DNA of 64,000 bases, from the NCBI GenBank assembly GCA_020891255.1, contig BQFW01000012.1, positions 186,001-250,000 of the forward strand, in the 5' to 3' direction. Shown here one piece after another: positions 1-11,125 of this stretch (the stretch's first letter is position 1; each line of letters begins with the position of its first letter). The notes under the pieces were generated by a model that had not been told where the DNA came from, searched no databases, and saw only the letters and a program-made list of their open reading frames with translations. The position numbers and the translations under genes were made by a program. This stretch comes from Entomortierella parvispora E1425. Taxonomy: Eukaryota; Fungi; Mortierellomycota.

Positions 1-1770
1 CAACTATCCTCACAGCCACCAATTCAAGTTATCAACCTCCACCGCAGGCGATGGAGAAGAGCTTCCCGAGGAACAAAAAGAACTCATTGCACGCGAGTTG
101 CTCTTTTTCCGTGAACGAGCCGCCATCAAGGAGAAGGAGAAGAAGGAAGAGGAGGAAAAAGCCGAGAGGTTACGCAACTCGCAGCAGCACAAACAACTGC
201 AGCGTGAACAACGAGAGCGGGAACGGGAGAGAGAGCGCGAGAAAGAGTCTAGCAATGCCGCCCCCACTGTTGCACAAAGGATGGGACGCGAGAGGGCCTG
301 GGGAAGTGGACCCCGGCAGGTGGACTTTGTTGCTTCCAGTGCAAGTGCTACTGCAGAGTCGTCATCGTCGACAGCGGCTGCACCCAAGGGTTCTGATGAT
401 GCAGCTGCAGCTACAACTACGAGCATGGAGGTAGACACTGGCATGGACTCTGAGGAAGAAGAAAGGTCTCGCCAGGAGCGACGCGACCGAGAACTGGAGC
501 AGAGCTACAGAGAACGTGAAAGGCGCTGGGAGCAAAGGGAGGCAGAACGGAGTCGTTTATATGAGAAAGATCGCATCCGAGATGAGGAATACACTGCGGG
601 CATGCAGGCCGCCAAGGAAGCGATTGGACACCGATTCGCACAGTGGGATGATGAGGTAGAGCGCGAAAGGCGGCATGAAGACTATTATCGTGATAGGTGC
701 GTATCTTTGTCCTGTTCACCACTCATCATTGGATTTGTGTGGAGTATACCCTCCAAAAAAAAAAAAAAAAAAAAAAGCTCGGAACTAACAAGGTGCTTTT
801 ATGAACTGTTAGATCGAGGTGGTGGACCAAGAGACAGGCCTTCCTTCAAAAAGAGCAACGTTATGATGATTTGGACCGCGAGGAAGAGAAAGAGGAACTT
901 GCACAGGAGGCTGCAAGGCAAGCTGCTGCAGGTGGCGAGACCGAAAAATCTGCCCCTTCTCAGGATCAGGACACAGAGATGACCGACGCGTCAAATGGAG
1001 GCTCATCCACACCGACCGTGGACGCGTCCACGATATTGCCCGACAGACCAACGGGACTCAAATTGAGTTTGGGTACAGCCAATGCAATTGCGTCTCTGAA
1101 GCGTGGATCTGATGCCAATGGTGCAAATGGAGGCAGTGGCACGCCCAACTCAGCGACCGGTAGCGGTTTTGCTGTCGCAAACGAATTTGAGCAGGACGAG
1201 GATGATGGCAAGGAGGTGAAGAAGCGCCGGTTATTTATCCCCGGTCAATCCTCTGACAGTCCGATGACAAGCACTGCTACTGGTACCATGACTGCCGAGG
1301 AGAAGGAGAAGATGGAGCAGGCTGCTAAGGCTTTGATTCAGTCTATTCCCTCTGATGCAGCAGGCCTCTGGAGCTGGCCCATCCAGTGGAAGTACGTCTT
1401 TGAGGACAAAGAATCAATCTTGACTGAAAAGATTCAACCGTTTACAGCTCGTAAAGTCATGGAACTGTTGGGTGTTCAGGAGGATGAGCTCACGAATTAC
1501 GTGGTGGAACATATCCGTAAGAAGCTAGCGCCTCAAGCATTGGTTGATGAACTTCGAAGCGTAAGTAATCTGCCGTAATGAGTTTCAACGGTGCACATGG
1601 CTCTTTTTTTTTTTTTTTTTTTTTTGAGGTGCATGCCTAACTGAATTTCATTGTTTTTTTAAACTTGTTCGCAATAGGCTCTGGACAGCGATGCGGATGT
1701 CCTGGTGATGAAGGTGTGGAGGATGCTTATTTTTGAAACCGAATCCAAGGCACGAAAAATCTCAAAGTGA
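1..1770 (+). CDS. RBM25: RBM25/Snu71-like U1 snRNP-associated protein with C-terminal PWI domain (5'-truncated by window)
   Basis: Exons 1-696, 813-1560 and 1678-1770 join in frame via GT-AG introns (697-812, 1561-1677, each with a CTAAC branch). An R/E-rich charged region is followed by the PWI-like LWSWPIQW...KIQPFTARKVMELLGVQEDEL...DSDADVLVMKVWRMLIFET. Confidence 0.85.
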
Positions 1771-1932
1771 ATTAGATGTCGCCAGTAAAATATAACTTGT
1801 AGCTTTATCCACTCAATTGAGGAACATGTGCTAGTCTTGGTGTGGGTTTCGATACAAGGGATAGAAACAGAGACAGAGAAAGAGAAAGGGTACGCAAATA
1901 CGCATCGCACTTGAAGGAAAAGAGCGTTTTAT

Positions 1933-4478
1933 TTACATGGTCTGACAGCGGGGTCGTTTCAAACGCCTCTTCGTAATGATATCCAAACTGGCTGTTTCTC
2001 CACGTTTCAACAATTGTTGGTCATCGTCCTCATCCTCGCCACCGTCGTCATCTATCGTCTTGTCGTTTGCATTGTCGTCTAAATCATCAATCGCTTTCGT
2101 CTCATCATGATCCTCATCTTCGTCCTTTTGCATTTTGGCCATGGCCTCCTGCATCAGTCGTCGAAATCGCTTGCCGTCCGGCTTTGAGATATCCGCGAGC
2201 TCCTTACCAAGCTTAGACTTGGTCGGCGAATGCATCACAAGATTGAGCCACTCAAAAGTCTCCGTTTCCTTTTCTGATGAGTGGCGGGTTGCGGTCTTTG
2301 TCTTTGACTCAAAAGCATGAGCTGCGATCTTGTAGGCTGCATCCTTGGAATATTTATGATAATATGTCTATGATCAAAAAAAAAAAAAAAAGAACGAAAA
2401 AGAAGTGGCTGAGCTGCGATACCCTCCGTTTTTATTTCGATTTGTTCACCTCTCTCGGCACTTACCACAAGGTTATAGACGGCCTGCGCCTTGGAGTTTA
2501 GAAATATCCTCCAACCTAGTTCGGACTCTGGCAACATTAACACTGGTCCAGCTTTACCTGCAATAAATATCTTGTTCCATCTGGAGATAGAGAACACTGT
2601 CGCAGTTTTCCCTAAAGTGAGAATAGGTGTTAACGATAGCTTGGTATCGCCATGTCAAGTACAGATACGTACCATGTATGGAAAGGAGTGGCGGTGAACT
2701 CAGCTGGTAGTTCTCGAGCATCAGTAGCATCGATTTTCCGATCTTGATGTTCTTCCGAAGCTGGATATCAACTTCGTGATCGTGCACGCCAGCCTTCTTT
2801 GCCTCAGCATTCCCGACCTCGACACCACTGACGGCAAATATACAATCGCATTTCCGAGGCCCTGTACCAGTGTCGAACACCTTTGAGAGACTGGATTTGG
2901 ACAAGGAGGTTGCAACACTGCCCTGTTCTCCTCTGTGAACGAAAAAAAAAAAAAAAAAAAAAAAAAAGATTAGTGGATATCATGAATGAAAATTTGTCCC
3001 TCATTTCATCTCCCTTGCCATTCCGTTCGCTCTCGGAAACTAACTTACAATCGAAATGTGAACGGTGTGTTGTCTGGCATACCGAAGTAAAAAACTTGTC
3101 CCCACAGGAACAGTGAGTCGGCCTCGGATGGTTCGTATTCACCATGATGTGGGTGAATGACATTTTTCAAGCTATTACGACCGAGAATATGAAATACAAA
3201 CAGATATCAGTCATCTCATATCCCATGTGCTCAAAGTGCCTCTTATTCTCCATTGTTGGGTTGCCACTTACATAACAAACAACATCATCAAGAAATGTGA
3301 GTGCTGGGGCAATTCCTGAGTTTTTGAGAGAAGACCTCCCAGAACTTTGGGAAGGTTCTCAGGATCTTTGGATTCCTCAGCAATTGTGTTGATTAGCTTT
3401 TCAAGTTCTGGATCTGACTTCTGTAACTCTGGGATCAAACACAGTTTTCCCGCCTCCTCGCGTTCCTGGGGAGTGAACATAATCTCTGCCTCCACACTGT
3501 ACATGTTCCAGATTCCTGAAGCGATACGAATGCATCTCTGAAGTGGCGGCATGTGCTCCTGTCGTACTTTGGTCGTTTCATCTCCTGTTGTGCGCACTGT
3601 AGGTGAAGTAGAGCCACGGAGTACAATTTCCTTTTGTCAGGATCCTGCTCCAAGGCACGAGTGTCAGTCCCTGGCAAAGTGGCAGGCTGGTTATCATACT
3701 AAATCCATGCATCGGAATTGTCAGAGTGTTGCTATACTAGGACATCAAGACGAGAAACGAGGTAGAGCTGTAGTATATCCTACCATTAGAAGCGCCGCCT
3801 GAACGAGTTCGTGCCAGGGGGCTGTGAGTCGTGGTCTCACAGATGGAGCACGGGATACTGTTGGTACAGCAGCCGGGTTGGGTAACTTCGAAGCCAGCTC
3901 AACATTAGACGACCTCGACCTTGTTTTCGGTGGCCGAGTTGAAAATGAAGGAAGGCTGTCGATGGCTAGTGAGTGGTTCACAGAAATGGGTTGCAGAGTG
4001 CACTTATAAGCAACGCAGACCACGGCGGGGAGACTGGTTCATACATATATAACTTACGACGTTTCTTGGCTTCGTTTGCAAAGAACTCGTGGCCTTTTTT
4101 CAGGTAAGCGCCTTGCATCTTTATGAACGACTCTTCGCTTTGGATGGCAACTTGTCGAAGTTCAAGACGGCTTCTTGCTTTCTGTTTTACTTCTTTTCCT
4201 GTTTCCTTGGCAAGAAATACTTGTATATCCCTGGCGTAAGTAGACATGGATCCAAGTCGCGCGCGCACTATCCCTGCAATGCCATCAAGAAACACGTCTA
4301 GGTTGACATGGGTTGTGTTTTCGGCAAAGTCCTGAGGGTGCCAAGCTGATGCGTCAGTTTCCCAAAAATATGAATCGAGCCCTTTGATATTCTGTAGTTT
4401 CTTGTAAAGGCCGCTATCAAGCTCTGACTGAAGTTTGGGGTAGCAGGGGAGCGACATGGTTAGTCTTGATGGATGCAA
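1933..4478 (-). CDS. Multi-exon hypothetical protein with PD-(D/E)XK nuclease-like motif; exon boundaries approximate
   Basis: Co-oriented ORF pieces 3978-4478, 3745-4023, 3268-3597, 2554-2904, 2235-2597 and 1933-2238 are separated by GTAAGT/GTATCG...AG introns. Motif GPRKCDCIFAVSGVEVGNAEAKK at about 2800-2870 fits K-x-D...E-x-G-x-x-E-x-K. Confidence 0.6.
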
Positions 4479-4719
4479 ATCTCGTTCGGCGCGTGGAATG
4501 GAGAAGACGAGAGCCTTTTGAGGACGCGTCTGTGGCTTGGAAAACTTTATTCAGGGGACATGCATGCATGAACGACATTTTCAGTCAGAGTTGCCATGGC
4601 CAATGTTCTTTCTTCCTCTCTTCCTTAATTATAATCCTGCACACATCTGTTTGTCCACTTCCCTCTTTCCGGTTCCGCAGATGTCAGAGAAGCATGGGAG
4701 CAAATCTCGTACGATTGTT

Positions 4720-5260
4720 TTACGTCATTTCTTTCGGCAGACAATCACTCACGGCTGACGTTGAGACGTATGTCTGTTATGTCGAACAAAGGAGCGCTTT
4801 ATCGCCACTCAATGCGATATTGTGCCAAAGGTGGAGTATCTTCTTCCGAAGCGCCACGCCCGCCATTAGGAAGTCGAGTCCTTATTTACAACTGCCACTC
4901 ATGTGTTTTTTCACTTCCTCCCCTCCCCTCTCACTGTTGATCACCGTTTTCTTCTGGCTGGCAACCACCGACGGCCGATATGAAGGCGTATATCTGATAT
5001 ATCGAGCTAAGGAGCATCTTATCGCCACTCAATGCGATAATATGCCAAAGGTATAGTATCTTCTTCCGAAGCACCACGCCTGTCATTAGGAAGTCGAGTC
5101 CTTGTTTGCATTTGCAGTTTACCATGTTATTACGACCATCCACTATCGATCACCATTTATTTCTGGCTGGCAACCACCCACGGAAGACGGCGGACAGGAA
5201 TAAGCGCAATTTGCCTTCTTTCTCAAATGAAGCACTTTATCGCGACAATCTGCCGAGTGT
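4720..5260. repeat. Diverged tandem repeat, about 220-bp unit, about 2.5 copies
   Basis: AAGGAGC..TATCGCCACTCAATGCGATA..GCCAAAGGT..AGTATCTTCTTCCGAAGC..ATTAGGAAGTCGAGTCCTT occurs at 4789 and 5009. TTCTGGCTGGCAACCACC recurs at about 4951 and 5161. Confidence 0.85.
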
Positions 5261-5797
5261 GTTCAGACCGGACATCTTTTCAGAAACGGCGCTGTCCTCT
5301 CTAGCGTGTGCTCTGTCGAGGATGTCAGAATTGATGCCATTGACCCCATAAATTCCCTTTGCTTCCTTTTAGTCGTTATTAGAACCGCCACAAGACGAGG
5401 AGAGCAGCCAGTGCTTCGTTACTACCATCAAAGTCCAGAGCGAGATAGCCAGATGGAGATGATGAGGCACAATGAGATGTGCCTTAGATATGAAAAATAG
5501 GATATACCCAAAAGAGGGGTATCCTTACGGCATGCGAACGTCGGGGCGCCATAAAGGAATTCTGGCCGGTATGAACATCGGGGCGTCATAGGGAATTCCG
5601 CAAAAAAGCGAATAAAAAAATGAATAACCCAAAATATTTATTCGAGGAAATTGTTGTTGAAAATTTCCTTGGATGTAGGGGATCAGCAGGTACAGCAGTA
5701 CCAGAGGGGCGATGGGTCATGGAGGCAAAAGCTACATCACGGAGTGCTAGCGAGTGCTGACCCACTTTTACCGTTCATCGAGCCACTGTTACCAGGA

Positions 5798-6340
5798 CTA
5801 GCGCCATGTTGAACCAACAGATACGCCATCTTTGTCGTTATCATCCATTCGTCGCAATCCGCTTTTCCAACCCAAGCGAGAATTTAGTCCGCATGAGCCC
5901 ATGCCTGTTGAAGAATGCAACGGGTCGTAGGATTTGGGTGCAACTTTGAAGAAGGCGGTAGACTGAAGGTTCCCAATGACCGAAAAGATCTTGCCTAGAA
6001 CGGGGGGGCTTCCAGACGGAAGCTTGATATCCTGAGTCATATCCCTCGCGTCCCTCGAAAGCGAGGAAACGTCCTCACTCAATTCTGCTAAACTGGGACC
6101 GTCTCCAACGGTCTCAACCACATCCATATCGAGGTAATATTCGTTTAACAGCGTCTCGGTATCCTTGAACCGTTCTTCGTGTGTTTGCAAATGCTTCAGG
6201 ACTTTGGCATGGCGTCTCATTTGATCCTTCAGCTCGATAAAGTCCTGTTGACACGCCTTCATCTGTTGTTGCTGGATATCCAAGTTTCCATCCAACGGAG
6301 ACGAGCTCGAGCCCTGCTGATGATGAAGTGCATCTGTACC
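5798..6340 (-). CDS. Hypothetical coiled-coil protein (last exon; 5' exon not resolved)
   Basis: The 205-aa ORF has a heptad-like segment (QQMKACQQDFIELKDQMRRHAKVLKHLQ). A GCTGAC branch plus TTCAG acceptor near 6340 suggests the ORF 5' part is intronic. Confidence 0.45.
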   Translation of the reverse strand, partial: GTDALHHQQGSSSSPLDGNLDIQQQQMKACQQDFIELKDQMRRHAKVLKHLQTHEERFKDTETLLNEYYLDMDVVETVGDGPSLAELSEDVSSLSRDARDMTQDIKLPSGSPPVLGKIFSVIGNLQSTAFFKVAPKSYDPLHSSTGMGSCGLNSRLGWKSGLRRMDDNDKDGVSVGSTWR

Positions 6341-7683
6341 TGAAATAAAGAACGCTGCCCACCAAAGAAACGTGAAAGTCAGCGAATCTGACTTTCGCCT
6401 GATAAAATGAGGCATCGTATAGAGGTAATGAGAAGAGGAAGAGAAAGAGGTGGGCGGAGGAGGAGAAAGAGAAGGGGCAAATTGGACAAGTAAGCTATTT
6501 AAATGTATTTTATCATCTTTTCGTTTGGTACTCGTTCTTTGATTGTTTGCTGAGGATCAACACCGAGAGAGCTTCACGGCCTTTTTTGCTGTCCGGAAAA
6601 CTGCAAATCGCGAAATAGAGAGAGAAATAGAGAGAGAGTATCTGGTTTGGGCAAAGGGGTTTTTCTTGTCATTCGAACTGGTTCTCAATTACTTTGCCTG
6701 AGAGTAATGTTTGTCATGTTTTCTCTCGATCGCAACAGCAGACTTAGAAGCGAGCAAACCTCTGGGCTCGTAAAACAAAAGAAAAAAAAAAAAAAAAGGC
6801 ACCGCCATTGGTCGTCCAGCGTGGACGAAAGGTTGAGCAGCGCACAGAGACATTTTTGCTTCTTTTCGCGCGGAGGTTTTCAAAGAAAAAGACCTAGGGG
6901 GGACGAACGGGCCATGGGTAGAAAGTAAGCACGCTCCTGGGCAAAGCAATTCAGTTGGTATCTTGACAGGCAAGCAAGGGGATGAAAACAAAAGGACAGA
7001 AAGTGGCACTGACGGCAGGAGGCAGATCAGGGTCAGGCACGAACACGTCGAAACGCGAGCCTGCACAGGTACAAGAAACATGACCGTGACAGGATAAAAA
7101 GACGGCCGGTATAGGTCCAGAGACAGCACAGCCCAACATCACTCATTGCCCCAAGGAGGCAGGTCCAAAAGCGGACCAGATTCAACTCCAAAGATTTGCT
7201 TGGCATGGACGATGGCTTTGTCGGGCTGTGCCACGCTTCCACTCACTCGGCCACCCACCGAGATCTGGCAAGCCAGCGACGACACGGGTATAGAACGAGA
7301 AGAGCCATCGACGGGCATCGAAATCCATGTCCGCCTGCTGAATCCACGAACGAGGGGCGAGGGAGGAGAGAAGGGTAGTGAGGAGAAGAGAGAAAGAATA
7401 CATCATGGACAGAGAGCCATCCAACAGACACAGCGTGCTGCCACGGGGTCAACCTTTGGGCCTTTTTCCCACCTTTTATTTTTCCCTTTCTTTCTTTCTC
7501 TCTTCCTTTCTTCCATCATCCCTCTGTCCATTCATTCGTTCGTTCGTTCATTCATTCGTTTGTTCATTCCCTCTCTTCTCTCATCGTCATCTGTGCATAT
7601 CTCCCCCCCTATTTTCTTTGCTTGACTCCTTTTATCCTCTCCCTCCACTCTCCTCACTCTTTCTCGCCCAACCCACATCCAGA

Positions 7684-10568
7684 ATGAACTACGGCGGACA
7701 GGGCCAGGGACAGCAGCCCTACTATGGCGCACAGTCCGGGTACGACCCCTCCGTCTACCCTCCTCAGCAGCACGATCCCAACATGAACTATGACCCCAAC
7801 AGTGGATACGGCCAGTACAACCAGGATCCTAATGCCATCTACAACAACAACAACGGTGGTGTCTCGGCTCCCCCATACTCGGCCTACCCCGTCGCCTCGG
7901 GAATGATGCCCCCTGCTGGCCCCAATGGTGTCGGCAACAACAGCAACATGGGCCCCCCTGGTGGATACCCCGCAAGCCCCGCGTTCAACCCCATGCATCT
8001 GAACAGCAGTGGCACCCTCAATGGAAACAACAACAATGGCAACTATGGCACCGTCAACATGCACAACAACAGTAACAACAACGGCAACGGTGGCATGGGC
8101 AATGGCATGGTCGGCAGCGGCGGCAACAACTACAATGATATGCAGAACAATGGCAACAATTACAACAACAATTCCTCAGTTGCGCCTCCTGTCAACTACG
8201 GCCCCCCTCCTCCTGGTCAGACCTACCAGTCGGGCGGATTGACCTACCAGCAGACCATCAACAACAACAACACTAGCGGGGGTGGCTACAATAACAATAG
8301 CAACCATTCACCTATCCAACAGCCATCGGGCATGTCCCCTGTGACCCCCGTCCAGCCCAACCGTGCCACCGCACCACAGCCCGAGGGTGACTACCCCGTA
8401 GTCATGGCCATTGATTTCGGTAACGTACAGATGAAGAATGGAGCAGCGAGTGGCACTTACATTTACCAATGACGATGCAGGATGACACACACACAAAGAT
8501 GATGTGGAGATGAAGAATCGAGACTCAGTCCTCTCTCTCTCTCTCTCTCTCTCCCCCCATGATTGCAGCTGATTAACGTTATCGCTTGTTCCCCTGCCCT
8601 TCTTCAGGTACGACCTTCTCCGGAGTTGCCTATGCCCTCAAGGCCGACGGCGAGGTGCACGATATGACAAAGTGGTAAGGATCGAAATATGAAGGGGAGG
8701 CACGCGCGTGGGCAAGCACACAGACAGACCTGTCCATTGTCTGTCGACTCTGTTCTTTCTTGTCTCTCTTTCTCCACGCGGGACAATGGCCGCTTCGCAC
8801 TGCCACAGCCGCATCTATTCCCTTCTATTCTATATGGCCCTATTGGTTGTTGACTAATCCGATTCTCACACGCCAACCTCCCCTCTCTCCTTCACTTAGG
8901 CCCAGGCACTTGGCCCAATACCCAAAGACACCCACGCTCAGCTTGTACAAAAAGGACTCCCAGAAGATTCTGGACTGGGGTCATGCTGCTCGTCTGGCCA
9001 TGCTCAAGCCCTCCGCCAAGGACTTTTGCCTGCTTCGCAAGTTCAAGCTGCAGCTGGACGAGACCATCGACAGCGCTCCCCTGGAAAACGGTATCACGGC
9101 CCTGGATGCAGTGACGCACTATCTGAAGAAGCTGCACGGACACGTCATGTCTGAGCTCATGAAGGGCTTTATCAAAAACTATGAGCCTTCTCAGTTCCAG
9201 TACTGTCTCACGGTGCCTGCCATGTGGTCTGATGCGGCCAAGAACACGATGCGTCGCGCCGCTATCGGCGCTGGCTTGATTCAGGAGGGCGACCCACCAA
9301 ACCGTTTGATCTTGATTTCGGAACCCGAGGCTGCGGCCATGTACTGCGAGCGTATGGTGGATCGATTCTCGCTCAAGCATGGCGACCGATTCATGATTTG
9401 CGATGCTGGTGGTGGAACCGTCGATCTGATTGTTTTTGAGGTCAGTGAACCCACAGGGCAGTCTCGTCATTTGAAAGAAGTCACTCGCGGTCACGGAGCT
9501 TCTTGCGGATCTGTGTTCTTGGACGCCAACATGGAGCGACTTTTGGAGCGCAAGTTCAAACGCTACCGTCGTGGTATTAAGGCGTGCGGATGGGCGTCGC
9601 TCATGGATACGTTTGTGGACATGGTCAAGCCCATGTTCAACGGTCAGGAGGACGTGCTGATGCAGATTCCCCAGGCTACAGGACTGGAGGACTTGAACGA
9701 TCCCGAGATTGGACTGGAGGAGGGAGTCCTGTGCGTCTCTGTAGAGGAGATGAGGAACGAGGTCTTTGAGCCAGTCATTTCGGACGTCTTGGACCTTATC
9801 CAGAAACAGTTGCATCAGAGTCAGAACTGCAATGCGATTTTCATGGTCGGAGGCTTTGGATCCTCGCGTTACTTGGAGGAGCGTGTTCGTCAGGAGTTTT
9901 CACATCTGGTCGGATTGGTGGCCGTTCCCCAGCGTCCCGAGTTGGCTGTTGTCCGCGGAGCAGTGTACGCGGGATTGAACACAAAGACGATCAACATGCG
10001 TGTTGCCCGTCGTTGGTACGGCGTGGACGCCAACATGCCCTTTGAGGAGGGTGTGGACCCCGAGTCCAAGAAGATTGTTTCGCACGATGGACACGTCCGG
10101 TGTAAGGAGCGCTTCTCGGTGTATGTTCGACCAGGTCAGCAGATTGGCGTCGACGAGTGCGTGTCGAAGGAATACGTGACTTGGTCGTACCCCAAGGGAC
10201 TGGATTCGCCCCTGTATGTTTGCAACTCACCAAACCAGCCCAAGTACATTACGGATCCAGGAGTTCAAAAGATTGCGGACTTCCATATCCCCATGCCTGA
10301 GATCCCTGGCGCGCAGCCCCGTACCCGTGTTGTCTTTAGGTTGAACATGTACTTCGGTAAGAGAGGGTTTTGTTGTTGTTTATGATTTGTTATGAAGAAA
10401 GACATGGCGTGTGACATTGGTTGCAAGGGGTGAAAGCGTGTGACTAATGTGTGGTCTTTGTTTTGACATTTAGGTCTTACTGAAGTGCGTGCCGAGGCTG
10501 TTATCAATGGAAACACCTACACGACAATCTGCTCCTTTGGTGGCGGAGGACAACAGCAGCAGCGTTAA
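7684..10568 (+). CDS. HSPA12-type Hsp70/actin-like ATPase with N-terminal N/Q/G/Y/P-rich low-complexity domain
   Basis: Exons 7684-8419, 8608-8674, 8900-10356 and 10474-10568 join in frame. Motifs: AIDFG|TTFSG, LTVPAMWSD, ISEPEAAA, ICDAGGGTVDL, MVGGFGSSRYL, VVRGAV. Confidence 0.92.
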
Positions 10569-10849
10569 AGTGGCAGGAAAGGATGTTGGGTCCACTGCTT
10601 GTTTTTGACCTCCCAAGATTGAAAGCTTTACAGGAAAAGAGAGAAAAAAAAATGAAAGAAAGATACCAGCTGGCGATGGAACGCGAAAGGAGGCGACAGG
10701 ATGCTATGGTGCGTCCAAGCTCGGCCTTGCGATCGTGTTTTCTTTCCAAGAGTTGATAATCCATTCCCCTTCTATACAGCTAAACCCGTGTAAATGAATA
10801 AAATCGTGGGAATACGTTAGTTCATTATAAGAAGGTTGATAACTAATGC

Positions 10850-11125
10850 AAAAAAAAAAAAGGACATCTGCAACTTACTTGTTGTAACTGATCGGCCCAT
10901 ACGGCAAGGAGGTAGGTTAGGTTAGGCAGGAGAAGGAAAAGGTTTGGGGGTCAGGACTCTATTAACGGGCATTGCTGTGTATGAGGGAGGGGCAGAGAAA
11001 AACACTTGTAAACACTTACATCGGTTAGCCATTTTCCGAATGGCTTATATGGTTCTTGGTATGGTTCTTGTTCCTCGGTACAATAAAGGAGTCAGCCAAG
11101 GAGGTTTTTGATGGTCATTGTACCC
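10850..11125 (-). ncRNA. Candidate omegaRNA locus (Fanzor guide-RNA scaffold) overlapping and following the Fanzor stop codon
   Basis: The position is inferred from TnpB/Fanzor biology. Visible stems: 11117-11124 pairs with 11077-11084 (GGTACAAT/ATTGTACC, spanning the stop codon); 11039-11045 pairs with 11027-11033. A T-run (minus strand) follows at about 10850-10861. Confidence 0.35.

Noticed and set aside
10910-10930. TTAGG-like run as telomeric repeat
   Set aside because: Only about two to three imperfect units and internal to the contig.
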